A DNA stretch of 64,000 bases, taken from contig JAYKGY010000070.1 in assembly GCA_035285545.1 (NCBI GenBank), positions 1 through 64,000 of the forward strand. The letters run 5' to 3'. A program made the position numbers and the translations under genes. The notes under the pieces are model-generated. The model was not told the origin of the DNA and made no database searches. It saw nothing but the letters and a program-made list of their open reading frames with translations. Numbering within the stretch: the first letter of the stretch is position 1; every line of letters begins with the position of its first letter. The DNA comes from Snowella sp. (GTDB lineage: Bacteria > Cyanobacteriota > Cyanobacteriia > Cyanobacteriales > Microcystaceae). Positions 28,186 through 36,847 of this stretch are shown piece after piece.

Positions 28186-28851
28186 TTATTCCTTAAAGGC
28201 TTCCGTTTGTGTCCACTCAAACCAACGATGCCAAGCTTTTTCTAGGATTTTTTGGGCGTTTTTTGTGTCTGAAGGCGATCGCAGGGGAATGGATAAATGC
28301 GACCACAGACAGCGTTGATCCAATAAAGGGGCCCGACCCCACAGCCAATCTTTGAACCACGACAGGGTTTTCCCTGAGATTAATTTGACGCGCAAATACT
28401 GGTCGGCCGTAACCGTACTTGGCCCCTGGGGATTAATGCAAGCACTCAAATAAACCCGATTGGGAGTCGGTAAGACCGCGATCGCGCCGATGTGGGGCTG
28501 GTGGGAGATCTGGGGAGTAGACGATAGGGTTGTATAGGTCTGTAAAAAATCATGAATATCGGCCTGGCTGGCATCGAGGTAATAGGCTTGAATCTCCAGA
28601 TCCCATCCCTGGGGGTGGCGATACTGATAAGCCCGACTGCTAATCGGTTTCAATAACGCTGACCCTTCCGCCATCAAGGGATAACTCTGGGTTTGTTGCC
28701 ATCCCGCCAAAGGAACAGTTTTGGGTAAGGCCATTTCAGCGACGGTGGGACGGGGTTGGAGAGAAGTCTTCAGTCCCCACCCCAGGGCCAAGAGGGTTCC
28801 CCCGCAGGCGATCGCCAAAACCGATGAACGATAATGATCCCAAAGACTCAT
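28186..28851 (-). CDS. Cyanoexosortase A system-associated protein (copy 1)
   Basis: N-terminal TM, PKTVPLAGWQ, YLSACINPQG and DQRCLWSHLSIP motifs; ATGA overlap with the crtA stop. Confidence 0.8.
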   Translation of the reverse strand: MSLWDHYRSSVLAIACGGTLLALGWGLKTSLQPRPTVAEMALPKTVPLAGWQQTQSYPLMAEGSALLKPISSRAYQYRHPQGWDLEIQAYYLDASQADIHDFLQTYTTLSSTPQISHQPHIGAIAVLPTPNRVYLSACINPQGPSTVTADQYLRVKLISGKTLSWFKDWLWGRAPLLDQRCLWSHLSIPLRSPSDTKNAQKILEKAWHRWFEWTQTEAFKE

Positions 28852-29744
28852 TCGTAATCCTCCTGTTGGGTCGAAAACGTTGTTGTATCCCAAAACTGAC
28901 TCAAAAAATACGCCAGGGCACAGAGCAGAGACATGGAGATTAGGGAAAAGACCAGAGATCCTTCCCCCGCGTGCCAATAGTCGAATCCCACTCGATTGTG
29001 ATAGGCCACAATGACCCCCAACAGAGCCACCCGCAACGCATTCATCACAAAACCAATGGCCACTGCCCCCAGGGGTAAAATGACTTTGGTTTTCCAACGG
29101 GTCGGAAACATCAGAAAAAATAAGAGGGTAAGACTCAACATCTCGATCATGGTATTGAGTCCCGAACAGCCCGGATAGACTTCAATGCCACTGGTGGAAC
29201 CTTGAAAGTAAATATTCACCCCCTGACGAACAAAGGAAAATCCGGCATACCAGAGGAGATAGCTGGCCAATTTGGCCGTTAAGGGAGACGGATCAAAACG
29301 AGTGAGGAGAGCGGTAATGGGCGCGATCGCACAGAGGATCAAAATAATCAGAAATTCACGTTTATATTGGAAGAGTCCCCGAAATCCCGAAGCAAGTAGA
29401 GCCAGACAAACACTTGCCCCGATCGGAAACAGGTACAAACTAGAGGTACTGTGAGTAATTAGAAAGACACTTTTGATTAATAACGGAATCAATAACGCGA
29501 TCGCGAAATGGGTCGAAAAAAAATCACTTTCTAACTTCAATCCCTGACGCTTATCCCAAATCGAAGAAGCCACCGCACACCAAAAAATGAGACTTAATCC
29601 CCAAAAATTTAAGGCATTTACTCGCCAAATCATACTTAAATGCACAATAATAAGAGAAATTCCCAACAACGCTAGTAAAAACGGTGTTTTTTGAAAATTT
29701 TGCCCTCTACCTTTCCAGTGATTAAAAAAAACGTCAATATTCAT
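28848..29744 (-). CDS. crtA: Cyanoexosortase A (copy 1)
   Basis: Multi-TM exosortase with catalytic Cys (YPGCSG), Arg (NALR) and His (DYWH). Confidence 0.88.
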   Translation of the reverse strand: MNIDVFFNHWKGRGQNFQKTPFLLALLGISLIIVHLSMIWRVNALNFWGLSLIFWCAVASSIWDKRQGLKLESDFFSTHFAIALLIPLLIKSVFLITHSTSSLYLFPIGASVCLALLASGFRGLFQYKREFLIILILCAIAPITALLTRFDPSPLTAKLASYLLWYAGFSFVRQGVNIYFQGSTSGIEVYPGCSGLNTMIEMLSLTLLFFLMFPTRWKTKVILPLGAVAIGFVMNALRVALLGVIVAYHNRVGFDYWHAGEGSLVFSLISMSLLCALAYFLSQFWDTTTFSTQQEDYE

Positions 29745-29781
29745 GAGCGCACAGAAAACCCAAAAGAATCAGAATGCCTAA

Positions 29782-29804
29782 AAGTCCCCCAGAATTGGGG
29801 GATT
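29782..29804. repeat. AAGTCCCCCAGAATTGGGGGATT palindromic cyanobacterial intergenic repeat
   Basis: Related copies at 56276-56357 and 61105-61137. Confidence 0.65.
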
Positions 29805-29897
29805 AACCAAGGGATTTCCGATCCATGCCAAAATAGGGCTACACCTCAATGCAGCATTTCAAGCAAAATCCCTATCAATACTGAATCAACGCTTACT

Positions 29898-30617
29898 TTA
29901 TTTTTTCTGTTTAGCTTTACGTTTGAGGAATGCACCAAAACCCAGGGCAATTCCCGAACCAATCAGAGTAATCGGCTCAGGCACAGGCGTTGTCCCATAA
30001 CCCCCAAAGGCCGCTGAACGGCCATAACCTCCAATATGGGCGGCAGCTAGGGGATTATCACCATTGGGATAGGGCACATTAAATTGGGATACATTCAATC
30101 CCGTCCCAGTTAAGACAAAATTCGAGATCAAGTTGGCTTTTAAACGTTGAGCATTCCCATTGGGAAAATTAATAAGGAAATCCCAATTGTTCTTGTAAGT
30201 GCCGCCATAGCCAGAAACATTATCATAGCTGTCGTTCCGATTGACTAACCAAGACGAAGAACCACTGGGAGAAATCCCACTGCTATAGGCCAAACGCACC
30301 GGATTTGCCCTTAAATCTTGCGCGATATTAAAGGTCAAATGATCAACGTAGCCGCCCCCATAAGTTCCCGAATTCGCAAAATTAGCGGTAATTTTTAACG
30401 CCACTTGGTCAGGGGCCAGATCATCAAAATCCAAGGTGACATAGGGTCTGGTGGGATCAGCTTTAGCAGGAAGAAAAGCCGTAGAACCATTGAAAATGAC
30501 GGTATCAATCCCAATACTAAAAGCCTGAACCGACGACGGGTTACTTAAGCCCCAAAGAGCCGTTACAGTCCCTAAGGCTAAGCCAGGGAGGTTAAAAGGT
30601 ATTTTTGATATCTGCAT
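29898..30617 (-). CDS. PEP-CTERM sorting-signal protein
   Basis: Signal peptide ending SVQA; C-terminal VPEP-ITLIGSGIALGFGAFL-KRKAKQKK. Confidence 0.92.
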   Translation of the reverse strand: MQISKIPFNLPGLALGTVTALWGLSNPSSVQAFSIGIDTVIFNGSTAFLPAKADPTRPYVTLDFDDLAPDQVALKITANFANSGTYGGGYVDHLTFNIAQDLRANPVRLAYSSGISPSGSSSWLVNRNDSYDNVSGYGGTYKNNWDFLINFPNGNAQRLKANLISNFVLTGTGLNVSQFNVPYPNGDNPLAAAHIGGYGRSAAFGGYGTTPVPEPITLIGSGIALGFGAFLKRKAKQKK

Positions 30618-30833
30618 AAAATTCTGTCTTAAAAATGAAAGAAAACGGCGTAGCAATTAACGCTGAAGCAAGGGCAGAAAAATTCAAAGCCCATCCTGAT
30701 TTCATTTACACCAAATGAAAAAGGACTCAAAATTGCTGACGCGAGATTGCTACTAAGGGAATTTATCGGGTTTTAAACAATTTTTATTAAAAATTAGCGA
30801 CAAAAAATGGAGATATAGATTGTCACTGCTTGA

Positions 30834-30869
30834 ATTGTATCAGTAAATATACTGATTGACAAGCCCTTT
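30834..30869 (-). promoter_or_regulatory. Sigma70-type promoter TTGTCA-17-TACAAT with palindromic spacer, upstream of the PEP-CTERM gene
   Basis: Minus strand AAAGGGC TTGTCA aTCAGTAtattTACTGA TACAAT. Confidence 0.7.
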
Positions 30870-31052
30870 GTTATATTTGACTATGTAAAACTACTGAAAC
30901 TGTCTTTAAGTCGCCTTTGAAATGTCCTTATGGCAATAGCCTAAGTGCATTGCCTCTAATCTCCATGAAAACACTTAGGCCCTAAAAAAATTGAAAGCAC
31001 AAAATTTACCTTATTCCGTGCAATCAGTTCAATGGGTTTTTCCCATTACGCT

Positions 31053-31472
31053 TTATTCATAAAAACGTTTGAAGGCTTGTCCATCCGTGCGCCGACTCAT
31101 GCGTAAGGTAAACTCACTGACCGACGGGTTAGGCTTTTCTGGATTGGGAGTGCGGGTGCTGCGTTGCCAATCTTCTTTGGTGGCAAGTTTGGACTCAAAG
31201 GTGCGCTCATCGATTTTTTTCAACCGGAGCCACATTTTTCCGTGTTCTTCACAAAAAAATTCCTCTAGCCAAACCTGACGATCAACGGCTGTTCCCTGTT
31301 GCAGCGCGACAAAACTGGCTTTTTTGTTAGTCAATCCGAAACCCCGCTGAATTTCGACCTTATCCGCGTAGAAAATGTGATATTTTTCACCTCCCACACG
31401 CCACAAGCGTCTTTCGCAGTATGGACAATAAACTTTTTGGGTTTGTTTTCTGCGACTTCTTTTATTAGGCAT
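31053..31472 (-). CDS. Basic hypothetical protein with putative Zn site (CPYC...CEEH)
   Basis: Clean ORF with CxxC plus CxxH, RBS-like context, and a downstream hairpin AATGGG-TTTTT-CCCATT (31031-31047). Confidence 0.75.
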   Translation of the reverse strand: MPNKRSRRKQTQKVYCPYCERRLWRVGGEKYHIFYADKVEIQRGFGLTNKKASFVALQQGTAVDRQVWLEEFFCEEHGKMWLRLKKIDERTFESKLATKEDWQRSTRTPNPEKPNPSVSEFTLRMSRRTDGQAFKRFYE

Positions 31473-31630
31473 AAAAATCAAGGGAGAGCAAGGAAATGAT
31501 TATACAATCATGGCTTATATTTTAATGCTATTAGAGGGGTGATTGCAGAAAACCGTTAAATTTTTGCCCCCGCGATCGCGTTTTTTTAGGCATCATTTAA
31601 ACAGAATGAAGACGAATCACACCTGATAGT

Positions 31631-32239
31631 TTAATCATCTGCGAAATTAGCATGTATTAGAGATTTAGGCAATGAATAATGGCCAAAATTCGGATAGGTC
31701 TTTATTCTGCGCTCTTTAACAGGCCGAGCAGGATTGCCAGAGTAAATCGTCATCGGATCTAGGGAACGGGAAGCGACGGAACCCAAGGCTAAAACTGCGC
31801 CCCGACCAACTTTTACCTTTGGGCCCACCACAGACCGAGCCGCAATCCAACTCCCCTCTTCGAGATAAATTTCTCCTGTGAGCAAGGCAAAACTGGGATC
31901 ACGCCAATCATGGTTGCCAGTGCAGAGATAAACATCCTGAGAAATACAAACATGATTTTTAATGATCACAGGAGCCACATTATCAATCCACGCATTTTCT
32001 CCGATCCAAACGTGATCCCCGACCTTTAATCGCCAGGGAAATTTAATTTTGACCCCTGGCTTGATCACCATACCCTGACCGATCTCTGCACCAAATAGTC
32101 GTAAAATAAAAACTTTAAAAGCCGAAAGAGGAATTAAATGGGTTCGGCAGAGAAAATCTCCAACAAAAAACCAGAGAAGCCGCTTCAAAATAGGAGCACC
32201 AGGATGGTAGTGGCTCACTTTATAGGTATTGAGGTACAT
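31631..32239 (-). CDS. wcaF: WcaF-family polysaccharide O-acetyltransferase (hexapeptide repeat)
   Basis: KIKFPWRLKVGDHVWIGE and CISQDVYLCTGNHDW motifs. Confidence 0.88.
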   Translation of the reverse strand: MYLNTYKVSHYHPGAPILKRLLWFFVGDFLCRTHLIPLSAFKVFILRLFGAEIGQGMVIKPGVKIKFPWRLKVGDHVWIGENAWIDNVAPVIIKNHVCISQDVYLCTGNHDWRDPSFALLTGEIYLEEGSWIAARSVVGPKVKVGRGAVLALGSVASRSLDPMTIYSGNPARPVKERRIKTYPNFGHYSLPKSLIHANFADD

Positions 32240-32398
32240 GATTGATTAAAAGGAGTAAATTAAAAAATTTTTAAAATATAAAATCAACCCTGAAACATTG
32301 AATTTTCTGGGCGCAAAGCCTGTTTTATGCTTATCAAAAGGAAGAAAATAAAAGAGATTAAAACAGCTTAAAAAAGATAGCTTTTAATATGTTTTCAG

Positions 32399-32428
32399 GA
32401 TAAAGTAACTTTGTGAAAAATGTGTGAA
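32399..32428 (-). promoter_or_regulatory. TTCACA-N5-TTCACA box upstream of wcaF (copy 2)
   Basis: 20-bp exact core CTTTGTGAAAAATGTGTGAA shared with 21333-21352. Confidence 0.6.
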
Positions 32429-32595
32429 GGATTGACGGATTCTCTTTTGAAGCGTTGGCAGTGAGTCCAGAGGCAAAAAATTGAAGATCCTAATAACAAA
32501 GGAGACAAACACTATTCATCAATAGCTTTATCTCCTCCTATCTCCTAAAAAAAGACGATATTTAAATTTTTCAATGAAAATGAGTGTTATCAAAG

Positions 32596-32871
32596 TTAAC
32601 TTTCAGAAAAAATCATTTTTTTTAAAATAGAGGGTTCTAAACTTTCATCAAAAATAGTTAAATTTTTGGGTTTGCATCGCTTAATTTCGACTTGAACCCC
32701 CTGGGCACCTTCTCCTAACAAATCTTCAAGATAGCCATCCTTTGCCCCTTCAGCTTCAGCTTTAGAAAGAAAAGGGCCAAAATAGTAAGTGCATCGAGGA
32801 ATTGCCGTGCCAATCTCAACCCAAAACGCGAATCCTAGTAAATTCAGTAGTTGCAATAAAGTTTCCTTCAT
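32596..32871 (-). CDS. DUF1816 family cyanobacterial protein
   Basis: WVEI...PRCTYYFGPF...GYLEDL..EGA motif. Confidence 0.85.
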   Translation of the reverse strand: MKETLLQLLNLLGFAFWVEIGTAIPRCTYYFGPFLSKAEAEGAKDGYLEDLLGEGAQGVQVEIKRCKPKNLTIFDESLEPSILKKMIFSES

Positions 32872-32954
32872 GCGTTTGTTCCTTATTTTGGTTATTTAGC
32901 TGCTATTGTACCTGAGTTTGCAATGTTTCTTTACATTACAAATAATTGTTTTAG

Positions 32955-34067
32955 TTATACTTCCAAGTCTTGATTAAGAGCGGTCTTCGCTGATACAGTT
33001 TCCATATGAAATTTATGGCTGCTTCGCTGACGGTAAACTTCATAGAGGGTAATCCCTGCGGCAACGGAGGCATTTAAACTCGGGGTTTTCCCCCCCAAGG
33101 GAATCGAAATCAATTCATCGCAATGGCGTTGCGTTAACAGACTCAATCCCTCTCCCTCAGAACCAATCACTAAACCCACAGGCCCCCGCAAGTCTAAATT
33201 TTGAATGAGTTTGCCTTGGCCGGCTGCGGTTCCATAGATCCAAAAACCTTCACTTTTTAAGGCTTCTAAAGACCGACTCAGGTTTACGACCCGCGCAACC
33301 GCTAAATGTTCTAAGGCTCCTGCGGCGACCTTCAGGACGGCAGAGGTAATGCCTACCGCCCGACGTTGGGGAATGATTAAACCTTGGGCCCCAAAAGCTT
33401 CAGCCGTACGGATAATAGCGCCGAGATTATGGGGATCGGTAATACTATCGAGGATAATAATGACGGGATCGGGACGCTGGGCTTTGGCCTGTTGAATAAG
33501 TTCGTCGAGATCTTTATAGGTATAGGGAGCCACTTGGGCCGCAACGCCTTGATGGTTTGCGCCTTGGGTCAGTTGGTTGAGCCGTTGAATTTCCACTTCA
33601 TCAATCACTGCTCCTTTGGCTTTGGCTTCATTCAACAGGGAGTGAAAGCGGGGATCGTAGTGTAACTTGGCAGTAATCCAGATCCGATTGAGTTGCCGAT
33701 CGCTTTTGAGGGCAGCAATCACCGGATGGCGGCCATAGATCAGATCATTGTCTTGATCGGCTTCTTCTGGGTTTGGAAATTCCTGAATCGGGGCGATCGC
33801 GTTTCGGTCAGTTTGGTCTCGAAAGACTGAGGGATCGCGGTCTTCTGCCAAAACCGGAGAAACATCCGGCAAGACTTTTCTATTCGCACGCTGGGAAAGG
33901 GACGGTAACCTTTTTCCCGTTTTCAATCTCAGGGAAGATTCCGAATTCAATTGGGGTTTTGCCCCTTTAAACTTTGTCTTGAACGGTTTCCCGCCAGAAG
34001 ATTGCTCATTACCTTTACGGAAAGGCTTACGACTAGGCTTTTGACCTCTATGAGGTTTTTCTATCAT
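32955..34067 (-). CDS. rlmB: 23S rRNA (Gm2251) 2'-O-methyltransferase
   Basis: [19 protein letters not shown] and [14 protein letters not shown] motifs. Confidence 0.92.
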   Translation of the reverse strand: MIEKPHRGQKPSRKPFRKGNEQSSGGKPFKTKFKGAKPQLNSESSLRLKTGKRLPSLSQRANRKVLPDVSPVLAEDRDPSVFRDQTDRNAIAPIQEFPNPEEADQDNDLIYGRHPVIAALKSDRQLNRIWITAKLHYDPRFHSLLNEAKAKGAVIDEVEIQRLNQLTQGANHQGVAAQVAPYTYKDLDELIQQAKAQRPDPVIIILDSITDPHNLGAIIRTAEAFGAQGLIIPQRRAVGITSAVLKVAAGALEHLAVARVVNLSRSLEALKSEGFWIYGTAAGQGKLIQNLDLRGPVGLVIGSEGEGLSLLTQRHCDELISIPLGGKTPSLNASVAAGITLYEVYRQRSSHKFHMETVSAKTALNQDLEV

Positions 34068-34313
34068 AAATAACTCAGGAAAATGCAAGGGATAAACGTG
34101 TGGCTCAACACTGTAGGGTTGAAAACTATCAATTTGTCAAAGTTCAGAAATTCGCAATAAGTAATTAGACAATTTTTCTAATGAATTTAGCAAGACTCGA
34201 TAAAATATAACAAAATATACAAGATTAATCGATTAAACCGGAGTCGATTCCCCCCGACGCGATCGCGCGCCCCTGGCCTTGACCTTTGAACCAACAGAAG
34301 TTCAACAACGGGA

Positions 34314-34796
34314 TTAAGCAGAAAGATTTAAATACTTTAGCAGTTCTTGTAAGCGAGTCGGATCATTTAAGTAAAGATAACCCAATAAGGTTTCCAAGCT
34401 AGTTGCCTGCTGGTAGAGTTCGGGAGACAAACGACGGGGACAGCCCGAAGCCGCATTTCGCCCACGACGCACAATATCCTTTTCTATCTCTGTTAAATGA
34501 GGTTCTAACCGATGAAGAGACGCAGCCTGACTTTCTGCCCGAACCTGGGCTACCACTTGATGGTGATAATCCGCAACCCGTTTAGGCGGCAAGAGAAACC
34601 GAGTCCGCACATAAAGCTCATAGACCGCATCTCCTAAATAGGCTAATGAGCTTGGCGATAATTGATTGAGAGGAATCGCCTTTTTCTGATCAATGTTCTC
34701 TATCGCAGCTAAATTGGCCTCAAAAATAGTATCTGATGGCCTATTTACCTTGACGGATAAATCCGAATCAGCAGACATTTCCGCAACATTTGTCAT
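34314..34796 (-). CDS. mrnC: Mini-ribonuclease III
   Basis: LAYLGDAVYELYVR, RRGRN and YQQATSLETLLGYLYL motifs. Confidence 0.9.
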   Translation of the reverse strand: MTNVAEMSADSDLSVKVNRPSDTIFEANLAAIENIDQKKAIPLNQLSPSSLAYLGDAVYELYVRTRFLLPPKRVADYHHQVVAQVRAESQAASLHRLEPHLTEIEKDIVRRGRNAASGCPRRLSPELYQQATSLETLLGYLYLNDPTRLQELLKYLNLSA

Positions 34797-34877
34797 TAAT
34801 TTTCGGAATTAATAAAAAGAAAATGAATAAGTGAAATGAAAGTCACTACAGTTATCGATCAGAAAAACAGTGAACCT

Positions 34878-35249
34878 TTACTCCTCTGGTTTGCCAGCGG
34901 TAAGTGCTTCATCTAAGGTGGAATGCAACGGCAAGAATTTCTCTAACCGGACTAATTTAACCGTTTGGGTAACACGAGGATTGGTGACAATCTGGAGGTT
35001 GCCATTCTTGTTTTTCGCTTGCTTGGTAAGTTGGACTAATGCGCCCAATCCGGAACTATCCAAAAAATCAATTTTAGACAAATCCAGAACGACATTAGCG
35101 GGCCCGCTTTCGATCAGATCTCCGAGGACTTTTCTAAAAGTCGGCTCCGAAAAAGCATCAAGTAGGCCAGTGAGGCGAAATATCTGCTGAGAATCCTGAA
35201 TTTCGTGAGTTCCTCGCAAACTCACCGTCAGGTTTAATGGTTCAGGAAT
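34878..35249 (-). CDS. STAS-domain anti-sigma factor antagonist (probable ATT start)
   Basis: LDLSKIDFLDSSGLGAL motif; SD AAGGAGG 5 nt before an in-frame ATT. Confidence 0.85.
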   Translation of the reverse strand: MPEPLNLTVSLRGTHEIQDSQQIFRLTGLLDAFSEPTFRKVLGDLIESGPANVVLDLSKIDFLDSSGLGALVQLTKQAKNKNGNLQIVTNPRVTQTVKLVRLEKFLPLHSTLDEALTAGKPEE

Positions 35250-35506
35250 AAGTTCCTCCTTAATACCGTGAGTATTAACAAATAGGTCAATAAGGAATTT
35301 TATCTTATTTTTGTAAAAAAATGGGATATCAAATTGACTGAGGAGGGATTAAGCAACGCGAAACAAGCGGTTAACCCCTTCCTGAATCGTTATTCACAGA
35401 CAAGGCTGATTTAATTCCTGTTTATAATGTTTAAGATGCGCTAAAACGCTTTGAATGATTAGATTTACGCATTGAGACAATCGATTTGTCATTGCCAGAT
35501 TAGGCA

Positions 35507-35863
35507 TTAGCCCTCAATATCAATCAAAATTGCCTGGTTCTCGATGCGGGTAGGAAAAACACCCAGATCTTTTTCGGTGGCAACCATTCCCATCACTTTA
35601 CTGACCACAGGAGGAAAGGTAATCCATTCTTCCACTTTTCCCGTACAGAGATTAAAGGAACTGCGGTGCCAGGGACAGACGATCGCGCCACTTTCCGTAA
35701 TTTTTCCCTTTTTCATCGGTAACTTTAAATGGGGACAAGCATTTTCGACGGCGTAAATCGTTCCCTCATGGTTCAAAACCAAAATAGTTTTGTCGCCAAC
35801 TTTCACCACTTGTCTCGCACCGACGGGAAGCGCGTCTTGCGCTAGCACTTTTGTCCAAGCCAT
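35507..35863 (-). CDS. Rieske [2Fe-2S] ferredoxin
   Basis: CPH ... CPWH motifs. Confidence 0.9.
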   Translation of the reverse strand: MAWTKVLAQDALPVGARQVVKVGDKTILVLNHEGTIYAVENACPHLKLPMKKGKITESGAIVCPWHRSSFNLCTGKVEEWITFPPVVSKVMGMVATEKDLGVFPTRIENQAILIDIEG

Positions 35864-35963
35864 TTCAACTATCCTCTGATTGATGTTTAGTTTAAACCGT
35901 ACTGGATCTAGTTTAAGGGATCGAGCCATTTCCATTAATCAGGAATTCTGCAACCGAATACGC

Positions 35964-36428
35964 CTATAAACGAGGAGAACAACGATAAATAAACAGATCG
36001 CCATCCCGTTGAATTAATAATTTCTCCGCTTGGGCTAAACTCACATTTTCTTTGCGAGGAAAAGGGGCAATTTGGGAATCACAGGTGTAATACAGTTGAC
36101 GAGATTGCTCTGTTAATTTACTGCTACAACCGTCATACAAAATTTTTTGATTAATTTGGATAAAGGCTTCTTCTCCTTTCGTATGTAATGTCACCTTTCC
36201 ATTAGAATATTTAGCTCCCGATGCCGCTTTGACCGAGGGCAAATTTAAAATACTATCTCGTTGGAGTTGGAGATTCACCGAATTCTTTAAAAATTGGGCT
36301 TGAAAGGTTTTTCCGCCTTTGCAGCGATAAAGGGTGGGGGTTTCTTCCCCTTGAGCCAATGCAGGAAAAGGAGAGAGAGACAGGGTAGATATCAGGAGAG
36401 AGAGGCAAAACGGGAATTGCTTCAACAT
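35964..36428 (-). CDS. Secreted MliC/PliC-family protein (lysozyme-inhibitor fold)
   Basis: Signal peptide; YRC...AASGAKYS...LHTKGEEA...C motifs. Confidence 0.75.
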   Translation of the reverse strand: MLKQFPFCLSLLISTLSLSPFPALAQGEETPTLYRCKGGKTFQAQFLKNSVNLQLQRDSILNLPSVKAASGAKYSNGKVTLHTKGEEAFIQINQKILYDGCSSKLTEQSRQLYYTCDSQIAPFPRKENVSLAQAEKLLIQRDGDLFIYRCSPRL

Positions 36429-36847
36429 CAGAATTTTATGGGTGATGGAGGATAGGAAAGCACAATTAGCAGGATTTCATCAAACCCTAACTGATAGGAG
36501 AATGGAGAGTATCTCCTCAGGGAATCAAGCGAAAAACAGCCCTGATTTAATCGTAATTATGAGAACTATTGGTGAGTGATGATAACCCATAAAACCGCGA
36601 TTTTAAGGACTAAATTTACCTATTAAAGACGGCATTTGTAGATTGGGTTAAACTTTCTTTCTATCGTTAGGATTATATCATTAGAATTATTTACAAGGAA
36701 TGATCGAGAACGCAAAATAGAGTCAATGAATGATTTCCTCTTAGAGACAGGGAACTGAAATAGACAGTCTTGAAAACGATGTTTAAGAAACTTAACGCGG
36801 CTTCGTTGGGTCTAAAGGGTTAGCCATTAAGGTGATGGTGTATTTGT

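Noticed and set aside
28852..29097. N-terminal extension of ORF 28186-29097 (likewise 44415-44513 for copy 2)
   Set aside because: Overlaps crtA in another frame; the true starts are the ATGA-coupled ATGs at 28851 and 44414
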